From an uncultured delta proteobacterium (GTDB lineage: Bacteria; Desulfobacterota; WTBG01; CAIYCZ01; CAIRTM01), in NCBI GenBank assembly GCA_903881505.1, contig CAIRTM010000011.1, positions 5,612 to 69,611 of the forward strand: a stretch of 64,000 bases of DNA, read 5' to 3'. This document shows, piece by piece, positions 1-9,900 of this stretch (position 1 is the first letter of the stretch; each line of letters starts with the position of its first letter). The notes under the pieces were generated by a model, which had not been told where the DNA came from, searched no databases, and saw only the letters and a list, made by a program, of their open reading frames with translations. The position numbers and the translations under genes were made by a program.

Positions 1-1402
1 CGGCCAGCACGTCAAGATAGCCGTATCCGTAGGTGTAATTGCCCTGACCCGAGGGGGGCGCGCCGCAGTCGCCGGCCGGTGCTGTGCCGGCCGTGCCCTG
101 CAGTGCCTGAATGGTTGCGTCGATATCGCCCCGAAGGTCCGGGCTGCAGGCCCACAGCAGGGCAACGGCACCGGCCGTGTGGGGACTGGCCATGGATGTG
201 CCGCTGTAGCCGCAGCTCCATCCGTTGGTCGGAACCGAGGAACACACGTTTACGCCGGGTGCGGAAATATTCGGCTTGGTGTAGGGCGTGGCGCCAAAGG
301 CCGAAGGGCCGCGGCTGGAAAACGAAGCTATGGTTCCGCCGCTGTCATGGGCTGCCGTTGCAAAGCTTTCCTGGTAGTCTCCGGGGGAGAGGAGAGTGCC
401 GCAGGTTGGCCCCTGGTTGCCCGCGGAAAAAGCGGGGAAGATGCCGGCCGCCCGCCAGGCATTGACCTTGGAAAGGTACCAGTTGTTCCCGGAACCGCCG
501 CCCCAGGAATTATTGACCACATGGGGCCGGTTAGCCGGATTGCCGTTCGGGGCTATGATCCAGTCAGCGCAGGAATTCAGCGCAAAATCGGAGCAGCTGT
601 TTGACTCGCAGCCCTTGCAGGCGATCCACGCCGCCCCGGGCGCCATGCCGGCCTGCCAGGTGAGCGCGGGATTATTGTCCCCGACCATGGTTCCCATAAC
701 GTGGGTGCCGTGGCCGTTATTGTCGCAGGCGCCGCCTGCGCCGCAGACGTTCGAAGGGTCGCTCCAGCAGGCCGGATCAGCGGGATCGCTGCCGCATTTG
801 TAGGCGCCGGCCAGGGCCGGATGGTTCCACTGCACGCCGGTATCGATGTTGGCAACGACGATGCCGTCACCTTCGCCGTAGGTCGGCCAGAACTGATCGG
901 CCCCGGTGTCGACAATACCCCAGGCAAGAGTGCCGGACGTCCGCGGCTGCGCGCTCACGGAATCATCGATGATCGGGGGAACGATTGCATAGGTGCCGGC
1001 CGTTGTGACTGCCGACACCTCAGGCAGCCCGGCCAGCGTGCTCGCCAGTTCGATGCCGCCGCCGCGCACATACAGAAGATTGCCGGTGAAAAAGGACACA
1101 TACTCAATCCCGGCCTCATCAAGCGTCCGGCGCGCCTGCGCCTGGCTCTCATCTGCGTTCCTGCGCAGCGCATCGTAGACAAACCGGCCGCGGGCATTCC
1201 AGTCCATATCATAGGCAGGACTCAGGTCGGCCTGCCGGGCAAAGTGCAGAATAAAATCAGCCTGCCCCTGCACCTGCAGCGCCTGCGCCAGCTCGGGCGC
1301 TATCTTTGTATTGGATGGAGGTATCTGGTTATTCTGCGCCCATGCGCCGGAGGCGGCCAGCACCAGTAGCGCAACAACTGCCTGTACAATTCTGTCTTGC
1401 AT
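1..1402 (-). CDS. Subtilisin-like S8 serine peptidase, paralog of the 6910..10438 gene. Only the N-terminal ~467 aa are in the window. The gene runs off the left edge and is missed by the ORF track.
   Basis: Manual minus-strand translation from ATG at 1402: MQDRIVQAVVALLVLAASGAWAQ (signal peptide), FILHFARQADL (I9 propeptide-like), DTGVQWNHPAL / HGTHVMGT / GTSMASPH catalytic triad motifs. About 75% aa identity to the 6910..10438 protease, and near-identical DNA stretches (e.g. ~150-250 vs ~9190-9290). Confidence 0.75.
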   Translation of the reverse strand, partial: MQDRIVQAVVALLVLAASGAWAQNNQIPPSNTKIAPELAQALQVQGQADFILHFARQADLSPAYDMDWNARGRFVYDALRRNADESQAQARRTLDEAGIEYVSFFTGNLLYVRGGGIELASTLAGLPEVSAVTTAGTYAIVPPIIDDSVSAQPRTSGTLAWGIVDTGADQFWPTYGEGDGIVVANIDTGVQWNHPALAGAYKCGSDPADPACWSDPSNVCGAGGACDNNGHGTHVMGTMVGDNNPALTWQAGMAPGAAWIACKGCESNSCSDFALNSCADWIIAPNGNPANRPHVVNNSWGGGSGNNWYLSKVNAWRAAGIFPAFSAGNQGPTCGTLLSPGDYQESFATAAHDSGGTIASFSSRGPSAFGATPYTKPNISAPGVNVCSSVPTNGWSCGYSGTSMASPHTAGAVALLWACSPDLRGDIDATIQALQGTAGTAPAGDCGAPPSGQGNYTYGYGYLDVLA

Positions 1403-1560
1403 ACGTCCTTCTCCTGTTTTTATAACGATTTATACCTGCTGGCACAACAGAGCAACCACAGCTGCTGTACGGAATTATACTATTAGTAATACTCCGACCG
1501 TACCCAAATATCAACCTGAATATAAAAAACGACAACGGGCAGTTTCTTCACGAAAAAAAA

Positions 1561-1581
1561 CAGGGCCCGCATGAGGCCCTG
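1561..1581 (-). terminator. Rho-independent terminator after the 1616..2824 gene
   Basis: On the minus strand: CAGGGCCTCATGCGGGCCCTG hairpin followed by a T8 run, immediately 3-prime of the stop codon. Confidence 0.6.
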
Positions 1582-1615
1582 TCTGTGATGCGTATTCTTC
1601 CCGGTAAAAAACCTG

Positions 1616-2824
1616 CTACTGGATCGCAACCTCGCCGGAGCAGTCGCCCACGCTGATCGGGTAGGCGCCCGGCGCAAGGCCGGCAGGCACGGTGACGAGT
1701 ATTTTCATCCGTTTTTTCTTCTGATTGAACTTCACTTTATTCCAGGTAAACACCCCCGGGTCAATCAGGCCGAAAACGTCAAAGGACTCATCCAGGCTCG
1801 TGACCTTCAATACCACCTTCCGGGCCCTGGTGAGCTTCTCAGAGCGGATTTCTTTGTTTGTGACGATGAGTTCACACGGAAATCTGCACACGCCTTCATC
1901 GCAGAACTGGCCTTCCGTGCAGTTGTCGTCGCTCAAACATTCAACGCACGTATCATTGCCCTCGTCGCATACGGGAGTGTCATCGCCGCAGGGATCGCCC
2001 GAGGCAACGCAGGTGCCGTTGTCGCAGGTTTCGACGCCGGTGCAGAACAGGCCGTCGTCACACTCATTGTCACTTTCACACGCACCTCCTGAGGCGAAGT
2101 TATCCAGCACGGCACCGCCGGCATACCCCGCGATGCCGATGCCGGTCCCCTCCGGCGCCGGCGCCCCGGAACAGACGTAGGTCTGGTTCGACTGTGCGCC
2201 GCCGTCGATATTGGTGAACTCGATGGTGACGTCGCTGCCGACGCGCGTGGCCCTCATGTGGGCCGTGGAGAACGGTGAAGACAGAGAGAAAAAGCCCAGA
2301 CCGAAAGAAGTGCTGTTATTTCCGGTGTAACAGGCAGCTGTGTCGAACAGGCCGCCCCCGCCGTTCTGCTGGACCTTGAGGAACAGGTTGGAGCTTCCGG
2401 CGCCGTAGTTGAGCACCAGACCGGTGTACTGCGTGCCTGAGCCGGCAGGGCCGACATCTGCCTCGGCGGTGTTGCCGTCCCCGGGGGCGCTGTTGAACGT
2501 CGCCAGGCCCATGCCGCCGCAGACGGCTGCATTGCTCGCGACGTTGCACCAGCCTGCACGCACGGTCCAGTTGGAGCCGATGGGACCGTCAGCGCGGTTA
2601 AAATCGTCGAGAATGCTGAGCGGTGCGGCTCCTGCGAGCTGATCAGGTCCGCCGGTTATTGCCGGAACTCCGGTCGGCGCCGGCTGGCCGAGCGTTGCAT
2701 CCACGGCCGGCGCTGCCTGCTGCGGGGCTGCCGGATCGTTTCCGGCAAATACCGCCGGCGCGGCAAACAGCACGGCCGAGCATGCGGCGGCAGCGACAGT
2801 CATCATAACGGTTACTGGTTTCAT
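1616..2824 (-). CDS. Secreted cysteine-rich repeat protein (402 aa). Signal peptide, one 8-Cys module, and the shared ~90-aa C-terminal domain.
   Basis: ORF track. N-terminal MKPVTVMMTVAAAACSAVLFAAPAVFAG signal. Cys module CxSDNECDDGLFCTGVETCDNGTCVASGDPC..TPVCDEGNDTCVEC. C-terminus CELIVTNK...VPAGLAPGAYPISVGDCSGEVAIQ is homologous to the C-termini of 3066..5951 and 6910..10438. A terminator sits downstream. Confidence 0.8.
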   Translation of the reverse strand: MKPVTVMMTVAAAACSAVLFAAPAVFAGNDPAAPQQAAPAVDATLGQPAPTGVPAITGGPDQLAGAAPLSILDDFNRADGPIGSNWTVRAGWCNVASNAAVCGGMGLATFNSAPGDGNTAEADVGPAGSGTQYTGLVLNYGAGSSNLFLKVQQNGGGGLFDTAACYTGNNSTSFGLGFFSLSSPFSTAHMRATRVGSDVTIEFTNIDGGAQSNQTYVCSGAPAPEGTGIGIAGYAGGAVLDNFASGGACESDNECDDGLFCTGVETCDNGTCVASGDPCGDDTPVCDEGNDTCVECLSDDNCTEGQFCDEGVCRFPCELIVTNKEIRSEKLTRARKVVLKVTSLDESFDVFGLIDPGVFTWNKVKFNQKKKRMKILVTVPAGLAPGAYPISVGDCSGEVAIQ

Positions 2825-3012
2825 GGCATTCTTCCCCTCTCCTTATACAGTGTTTTCAGTCTATTGAACAACGCACCCTGATGCGCGTGGAGCTTATGCC
2901 TGTATATACTCACTATTTAATATTAAACACTGCTATTTTTCAACAAAAAAATTGGCATCATGCGCGGCATGGCAGGAGCCGGACCGCAGTTGTACGCAAA
3001 AGGCTGCAAAAA

Positions 3013-3046
3013 AGGCAGGGCCGTTTGGCGGCCCTGCCTTCGGTTC
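3013..3046 (-). terminator. Rho-independent terminator after the 3066..5951 gene
   Basis: Minus strand: AAGGCAGGGCCGCCAAACGGCCCTGCCTTTTTT (GC stem plus T-run). Confidence 0.6.
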
Positions 3047-3065
3047 ACGCTTGGCACAAAAAGGC

Positions 3066-5951
3066 TCAGGGAGTGATCACGACCTCGCCGTAACAGTCAC
3101 CGACCCAGATCGTTATCGTCTGGGGTGTCATGCCCGCAGGTACGGTGGCATGGATTTTCAGATGGTTCTTCTTCCTGCCGAACACCACCTTGTTCCATGT
3201 GAGCGGACCCAGATCGATCCGGCCGTAAATATCAAATGCCGGATCAGCACTGGTAACCTTCAGAACGACCTTCCGGGCCTTGAAGAGCTTCGCGGCGCTG
3301 ATAGTCTTGTGCGTCACGGTCAGCTCGCAGCGCGGCACGCACACGTTTTCGCGGCACCATTCCGTCCCGGCGCAGTCGCCGTCAGCAAGGCACCCAACGC
3401 AGCGGTCGCCGGCCTCGTCGCAAACGGACGTTTCGCCCTCGCAGGAGTCTTCGGCAAAACCGCACGCGTTAGCCGTGCAGGTCGGCGCTCCCGTGCAGAA
3501 CAGGCCGTCATCCGGGCAGTCGCCGCTCGTGAGGCACTCAACGCAGGTGTCAGTGTCCTCATTGCAGAACGGGGTCGCGCCCTCGCAGGAGTCTTCGGCA
3601 AAGCCGCACACGTTATTCGTGCAGATCGGCGCTCCCGTACAGAACAGACTGTCATCCGGGCAGTCGCCGTCAGCAAGGCATTCCACGCAGGTGTCGCCGT
3701 CCTCGTCGCAGAACGGTGTCGCGTTGTCGCCCGCGCAGGGGTCCCCGGCAAAACCGCACACGTTGTTAATACATGTCGGCGCCCCCGTGCAGAAAAGACT
3801 GTCGTCCGGGCAGTCGCCGTCGGCAAGGCACTCAACGCAGGTGTCATTGTCCTCATCGCAGAACGGCGTCGCATTGTCGCCCGCGCAGGGGTCGCCCGGT
3901 GAAACGCACGCACCGTTGTCGCAGAATTCAAGGCCGTTGCAGTACTGGCCGTCGTCGCATTCGTTGTCGGAATCGCAGCACACGTAGCACTCCCGCCCCC
4001 GATATTCGACATAATCCATAGCAGCCGATCCATACCCGTCAATCGACCACAGTTTACCGTCCGCGACATTGGCAATATTGTCCAATCGGGCGTTATTCAT
4101 ATCATCAAGCAGTTCCCAGTCCCAGCTCGAACCGTTGTAACTGCCGCGAGCAACCGTCGATGTAAAGTTGAAGCTCCCGGCAGCACCGCCTATCTGATAA
4201 AAATCACCACCAAGAAAATCACCTTCCAGCCGGTAGCGGGCTGAGCCGGTGTTGCCGGCAGAGTGCCAGGAATTGTCGGCATCGTCAAAGTACCAGGCCT
4301 GGTCTGAAATGCTGCTGCCGCTCTGCGCTCCGGCCACGGACCAGAACTGATCGCCTGTCGGGGCATGCAGCACGCCGTCAGCCGCGCCCCACACATCAGT
4401 GGGATAGACGCCCATCTGTGCGTTCTCCGCATTCCACGCGCCAGGCGCAGACTGGCTCAGGTCATAGCACTGCGTGCTGGTCATTCCCCCGCCGTTATTG
4501 CCGCCGCCGATGCACAGGTACTTGACGCTGTCGATTGTACCAACCCAGGAATCATGGAAATCACGCACGGTTGTAAAGCTGCCAAGCTGCGTGAAGGCAT
4601 TTGCAACGGGATCATACACATAGGCTTCATTCAAATTACCAGCGCCGGGAGCAGTGGCGCCGCCGGTGACGTAGCACAGGTTGGTATCGGCATCATAGGC
4701 CCAGTCAGGAGCCCAGCGGTTTGCAGGCGTGTTAGTTGCGCCCGGATCAAACCAACTATTGGTATCATGATTATAGCCGTTGAAGCCGTTAATAGAACCT
4801 GCGGTGTCGCCAATAATATAGGTTACAAGGTCACCGGCAGCGTTTCTGGCCGTGCAGCCGTCAACCGGATAACCGCCGCCGGCCCACCCCGGAGCAGAGT
4901 CCGAAACCATCTGCCATTCAGGCTGTGCATCAATTGTATAGGTGACGGTGGCATTATCATAATAGCCGTTGCCGGATGCCCGGATCTGACCGGTCACATT
5001 GTCGCCGTCATCCAAACACAGATCGGTCGCAAGAGTCACCTGCAGGGTCTCGGTTGCGTTATCAGCAACGAAAATTGATGCAGGCCCGGCAAGCGTGCCG
5101 TTGAGGCTGGGCACGCTGTAGCTCAGGGTGAACGTGGCGTTATCGCCGGTTTTGTTCGTGATGGAGAGAGTGTAAGTGGCATTGTCGCCGTTGCAGCCGG
5201 CGTCGGTCTGGTTGTCTGGGGTAAGGAAATCCGCCTTCTCGCTGCCGCAAGCCGGCACTTGGGCCTGCGGATTCACGGCCTGATCGCAGGCATTCTGCCC
5301 TGCGGGGGTATAGCCGTCATCACTGCAGGGCCAGTGGGGGGTGCCTGCGTATCCATCGCCGTCCCAGTACCATGAAACGGGAGCAGACGCGCCGGCTTCG
5401 GCCGGTGTCACATCGAAACAGTAATAGGCGGTGCAGTGGTCAACTGTCAGCTGATAGCGCGGGTGATAAATATTAACCTCATAGGGCGAGGTCTGAAAGC
5501 TCCAGTTGAAGCTCCCCCAGTTTGCTCCACTGCTGCAGACCGGCGTTCCCTGAACGTCGGCACTGGTCACGCTCCAGTCTGAAGGGAACCTGACCCACAC
5601 GTTATAGACATACTCATAGTCATTCGTGAATGACTCGGCACGGAAGCACAGTGTCTGCGATTCTCCCGGTGTATAGCAGGTATCGCCTCCGCCCGATGAA
5701 TCAAAGGCCACATAGGATCCGCTCAGGCTCTGCGGAGCGACAGCCTGCGGGGCCGCATGAGCAGTTGGCAGCCTGGGCTTGGAAACGACCGCAGGTGCCA
5801 CAGGTGCCGGCGGAGCCGCAAGAACCGCAGGGGCTGCAGGAGCCTCAGGGTCAGTGCCGGTGAATACGGCCTGTGCACGCGCCGAAGCAACAAGCAGCAC
5901 GGCCGCACACACAAAAGCCGCCGCAGAGATAAAAATGTTTTTTTGCCGCAT
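3066..5951 (-). CDS. Secreted 961-aa protein. Kelch/beta-propeller-like N-terminal region, about 4.5 tandem 8-Cys modules, then the shared ~90-aa C-terminal domain.
   Basis: ORF track. Signal peptide MRQKNIFISAAAFVCAAVLLVASARAQ. Repeated unit CLADGDCPDDSLFCTGAPTCxNNVCGFAxDxCAGDNATPFCDEDxDTCVE. C-terminus PRCELTVTHK...VPAGMTPQTITIWVGDCYGEVVITP. Antisense ORFs 3280..3987 and 3320..4075 are artefacts of the repeats. Confidence 0.8.
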   Translation of the reverse strand: MRQKNIFISAAAFVCAAVLLVASARAQAVFTGTDPEAPAAPAVLAAPPAPVAPAVVSKPRLPTAHAAPQAVAPQSLSGSYVAFDSSGGGDTCYTPGESQTLCFRAESFTNDYEYVYNVWVRFPSDWSVTSADVQGTPVCSSGANWGSFNWSFQTSPYEVNIYHPRYQLTVDHCTAYYCFDVTPAEAGASAPVSWYWDGDGYAGTPHWPCSDDGYTPAGQNACDQAVNPQAQVPACGSEKADFLTPDNQTDAGCNGDNATYTLSITNKTGDNATFTLSYSVPSLNGTLAGPASIFVADNATETLQVTLATDLCLDDGDNVTGQIRASGNGYYDNATVTYTIDAQPEWQMVSDSAPGWAGGGYPVDGCTARNAAGDLVTYIIGDTAGSINGFNGYNHDTNSWFDPGATNTPANRWAPDWAYDADTNLCYVTGGATAPGAGNLNEAYVYDPVANAFTQLGSFTTVRDFHDSWVGTIDSVKYLCIGGGNNGGGMTSTQCYDLSQSAPGAWNAENAQMGVYPTDVWGAADGVLHAPTGDQFWSVAGAQSGSSISDQAWYFDDADNSWHSAGNTGSARYRLEGDFLGGDFYQIGGAAGSFNFTSTVARGSYNGSSWDWELLDDMNNARLDNIANVADGKLWSIDGYGSAAMDYVEYRGRECYVCCDSDNECDDGQYCNGLEFCDNGACVSPGDPCAGDNATPFCDEDNDTCVECLADGDCPDDSLFCTGAPTCINNVCGFAGDPCAGDNATPFCDEDGDTCVECLADGDCPDDSLFCTGAPICTNNVCGFAEDSCEGATPFCNEDTDTCVECLTSGDCPDDGLFCTGAPTCTANACGFAEDSCEGETSVCDEAGDRCVGCLADGDCAGTEWCRENVCVPRCELTVTHKTISAAKLFKARKVVLKVTSADPAFDIYGRIDLGPLTWNKVVFGRKKNHLKIHATVPAGMTPQTITIWVGDCYGEVVITP
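3340..3990. repeat. DNA-level tandem repeats (unit ~144-153 bp, ~4.5 copies) encoding the 8-Cys modules
   Basis: Recurring near-identical blocks GGCAAA(A/G)CCGCAC(G/A)CGTT...GTGCAGAACAG(G/A)C(C/T)GTCATCCGGGCAGTCGCC spaced ~144-153 bp apart across ~3450-3900. Confidence 0.6.
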
Positions 5952-6397
5952 AGCCTTCCTCTCTCTTTAATTATGATTTTTTAAGTAATTATAAATAGTT
6001 AGAAATTAATCTTGGCAAGCCACATGAAGCAGCGCATCGATTATGCCTATATACGAGTTTGAATGTAATACTAAACACTGTCGATTTTCAACTGAAAAGT
6101 TGATGAAACGCAAAAAAAAACGGGATACAGGGATTCTGATAATTATAAAAACATCAAAGAGAAACACGCAACGATGCGACGAGTGCTTACGGATTTATAA
6201 CTATTGCCCTGCATGTACAAAACATTCTCTTAAGGGACACTGCGGAGGAGATACACAGGCCTATTGGAAAGTTTACGCTCACCGTCCAAGGGGTTAGCGG
6301 ACGTTAGAAAAATTGCTGAATACATACAGGGCAGGATCATGCCTGAAGATCGGAACTGCAACCAGGCCAGAATACAGGACAAGCGCCACAGGCGGTA

Positions 6398-6559
6398 TCA
6401 ATGTTTCGGCGGCGCCGCCTCATCTGCCTCGTCGGCAAGCACCCGGCGCAACGCTTCAGGCACCGGGTCTGTTGCATCGCGTTCCGGTTCACGGCCATCG
6501 CCTGCCCGGTCCAGCCGTTCCGTTTCCCTGTCGATCCAGGCAAGCAGTTCTTTTTTCAT
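6398..6559 (-). CDS. Possible small acidic protein (53 aa). Absent from the ORF track.
   Basis: Manual minus-strand translation: MKKELLAWIDRETERLDRAGDGREPERDATDPVPEALRRVLADEADEAAPPKH. AGGAG lies ~9 nt upstream of the ATG. No homology was recognised. Confidence 0.25.
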   Translation of the reverse strand: MKKELLAWIDRETERLDRAGDGREPERDATDPVPEALRRVLADEADEAAPPKH

Positions 6560-6695
6560 ATACGCCGCTCCTGTGAAGTGTATGCGCTTTCATAGCCCCA
6601 AAAACAAAAAACTGTAAAGTCACTTTTTAACTTTTATAAAAAGTGAAGCCAATTCAATATGTTGTTAGCGAAAAGCATAAAAACGCTTTAAATGT

Positions 6696-6830
6696 TCACC
6701 AGATCGTCGAGCGCATCCTGATCCGCTCAACCGTGTACTGAAACCCATCCTCCATAAGGCGCTTAGGAACAACGGCCTGTCCGTCAAACAGCATGCAGGC
6801 CCTTTGCGCATATACGAGAAAACTGTGCCG
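6696..6830 (-). pseudogene. Relic 3-prime end of a TIGR01777-type epimerase paralog
   Basis: Minus-strand translation ...RACMLFDGQAVVPKRLMEDGFQYTVERI aligns with the C-terminus of the intact 10737..11633 protein (ACVLLDGQIAVPKRLTDAGFRFQYQRI), and the DNA shows the same similarity. It has no N-terminal body. Confidence 0.55.
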
Positions 6831-6840
6831 AGGCATAGAT

Positions 6841-6884
6841 ACACACAGGCAGGGGCGCTTATCGCCAGCCCCTGCCTGTGTGTA
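6841..6884. terminator. Strong GC hairpin downstream of the S8 peptidase gene. Candidate terminator.
   Basis: ACACACAGGCAGGGGC...GCCCCTGCCTGTGTGT perfect 16-bp inverted repeat. No clean U-run follows, so its role is uncertain. Confidence 0.45.
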
Positions 6885-6909
6885 ATCCATTGTGTCTGAG
6901 AAACAAAGT

Positions 6910-9900
6910 TCAGTCGATCACGACCTCACCACCGCAGTCGCCTACGCGGATCGGGATAACCTGCGGCGCAAGGCCCGCAGGCACGACCACCTTGATCTTG
7001 AGTTTGTTCTTCTTCAGTATATATTGGGTTTTTTCATGGACAAGCGGGCCGAGGTCAACCCGGCCGAACATATCAAAACCATCACCGCCGCTGATGAGCA
7101 GCGTCCGCCGCATGTGTTTCTTCAGTTTGAGCGCGTGCATTACCTTATATTGAACGGTCAGCCTGCATTTCAGGCGGAAGTTCGCGACAAGTACGCGATC
7201 TTCTTCGAGCGTGAATGTATACGACGGGCTTGAACTGACCGCCACGCCGTCTTCCGTCCAGTTGACGAATTCATATATATCAGTCGGAGAAGCGGTTACG
7301 GTAACGGAACTGCCCTCGCCGTACGTTCCGCCGCCGGATACGCTGCCCCCTTCAGCAGGATTAGCGCTTACCGAGACCGTGTGGGTCACAACGTTCATCC
7401 GCACAGGAACGGCAATGTCGCCGTACGGTGACGAATTGCGGACTCGAAGAACAGCCTGATAGAGGCCGGCTCCCGTAATATGCGGGTCAGCGGCATCAAA
7501 CAGCACATCGACCGTCCGGCTCCCGCCGGCTGCCACGCTGCCGCTTTCCGGGCTGACAGCCAGCCAGGTCGGTGATATCTCTCCAGGTGTGCTGCCCGGT
7601 AATTTGATAATGTCAAAATCAGCAGCCAGCCCGCCGGAGTTGGACAGGGTCAGGGGCAACGTCGAGGTCTGCCCCATGCCAAGGGTCACGCTCAGTTCAG
7701 CGGGATACGAGGACAGCTGGCCTGTGGCCAGATCGAAATCAGCCCTCACCGCCGTGCCGGCAATAACGGGCACTGTTTGGACCGCCTCTCCGTACCGGTC
7801 CATGCTGGCCCGGAAGACGGGTGTGCCCACCTCGGAATACAGGGTGTAGAAGCCATCGGGCAGAGCAGGATCCGCCGACGTTGGCAGCGTCAGCACCTGC
7901 TGCCCGGCGTCGCCCTCAACCAGGGCGCCGACAAGGCCTGTCTGGGTGTTCGCGTCAAAAACATTGCCCACCACGATGCCGCCTGTGGGGTCGTTACATC
8001 CCCCGATGGACACACGGTCGATATAGTAACCATTATAGGTCACGCTGCTGTCCGTGGTGATCCGGAAGCGGAATTGAGCCGTGCCGCCGGCGGCGGCGGA
8101 GATGGTATATTTCTTCTCAGCCCAGCCCGTCTGGGTCGTGCTTCCCGAATGCTGCCACATCACCTGCCAGGGTCCGCCGTTGATGCTCACCTCGGCATAG
8201 GCATGATCATAAGTTGCGCTCTCCATGTGCAGGGCCTGCCACCACCTGGCTTCCAGCGGGCCGGTAACCCCGCCCAGATCAATCACCGGCGAGGTCAGGA
8301 CGGCATTGGCGTTATTGGGATACAAACCGTCCAGGTTGGTGCCCCAGCATTTCGTTCCCGAAGCACAGGCACTCGGCCAGGTTACCGGCGAGCCCCACTC
8401 CCACAAATCCGCAGGAGTGCCTGAAGGTATGTAGCTGCCGTTATTGACCTCAAAATCCTGCAGATACGCCGTACTAGAGTACCCCGGGGCGGCGCAGGTC
8501 TGCAGGTTGGCTTCAAGGGCGAAGTCCTCCGTACGGTTGCCGGTCAGCGGCCCGACGCTGCGCTCGGCCGGGATATAGCCCTGCACAAAGGCCGACGCCG
8601 TAAACGGGAGGACGACTCCCTGCGGCAGGGACACGCTGTACGCGCCGGTGACCGGATCGGTCCACACAGGGTCTCCGGACCGCCCAGCGATGGTGATGCT
8701 GGCGTACAGGGGCCAGCCCGTGGTTGCATCCTCTACCCGGCCGGAAACAGTGCTGAAAGGAGCCGCTTCCAGCAAAAAATCCTGGGTCGTTGTGAGTTCT
8801 TCGGTTATTTCCACGCCGGAAGCGCTGCCCGGCAGGAAACCGTATGCCGTGGCTGTGATCTCGTACGTTCCCTCAAGCAGGAATATGGAATAGAACCCGT
8901 TCGAATCCGTTACCGCAGAGCGTGTTATCGGGCCGACGGCCCTGACCAGAACTCCCTCGAGAGGCGTATTGCCGGCGGCATTTTGTACATGCCCGTTCAA
9001 GGTGCCGGCAGCGCCGCAGTACTGGGCTCCGGCGGCGAGAACGTCAAGGCGGCCGTATCCGTACGTGTAGTTGCCCTGCCCGGAAGGAGGCGCGCCGCAG
9101 GTGGTTGCAGTCGCCTCTTCAGCGGTGCTCTGCAGGGCCTGAATGGTAAGGTCGATATTGCCCGCCAGCTCCGGGCTGCAGGCCCACAGCAGGGCAACGG
9201 CACCGGCCGTGTGGGGACTGGCCATGGATGTGCCGCTGTAGCCGCAGCTCCATCCGTTGGTCGGAACCGAGGAACACACGTTCACGCCGGGCGCGGAAAT
9301 GTTCGGCTTGGTGTAGGGAGTATAGCCGAATGCCGAAGGTCCCCGGCTGGAAAACGAAGCTATCAGCCCGGTGCTGTCATGGGCTGCCGATGCAAAGCTT
9401 TCCTGATAGTCTCCGGGCGAACCCATTGAGCCGCAGCTCGGCCCGTTGTTTCCCGCGGAAAAAGCGGGGAAAATGCCGGCCGCCCGCCAGGCATTGACCT
9501 TGGAAAGATACCAGTTACTGCCGCCCCCGCCGCCCCAGGAATTGTTCACCACGTGGGGCCGGTTGTCCGGGTCGCCTCCGGGGGCGATAATCCAGTCCGC
9601 GCAGGAATTCAGCGCGAAATCAGAGCAGCTGTTTGACTCGCAGCCCTTGCAGGCGATCCAGGTCGCCCCGGGCGCCATGCCGGCCCTCCATTGCAGCGAA
9701 GTATCGTTGTCGCCGACCATGGTCCCCATGACGTGGGTCCCGTGACCGTTATTGTCGCAGGCGCCGCCTGCGCCGCAGATGTTCGAAGGATCGCTCCAGC
9801 ACGCCGGATCAGCGGGATCGCTGCCGCATTTGTAGGCGCCGGCAAGGGCCGGATGGTTCCACTGCACCCCGGTGTCGATATTGGCAACGATGGTCCCCTG

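Noticed and set aside
1616-1890. Assigning the shared C-terminal domain to the T9SS CTD or the pre-peptidase PPC domain
   Set aside because: The motif pattern does not match T9SS CTD or PPC as I recall them. A T9SS would also imply FCB-group phyla, which conflicts with the Deltaproteobacteria-like gene content. The domain is left unclassified.
6043-6297. 84-aa ORF in the AT-rich spacer upstream of the 961-aa gene
   Set aside because: Atypical Lys/Cys-rich composition in promoter-like AT-rich DNA, with no RBS. Most likely non-coding regulatory sequence.
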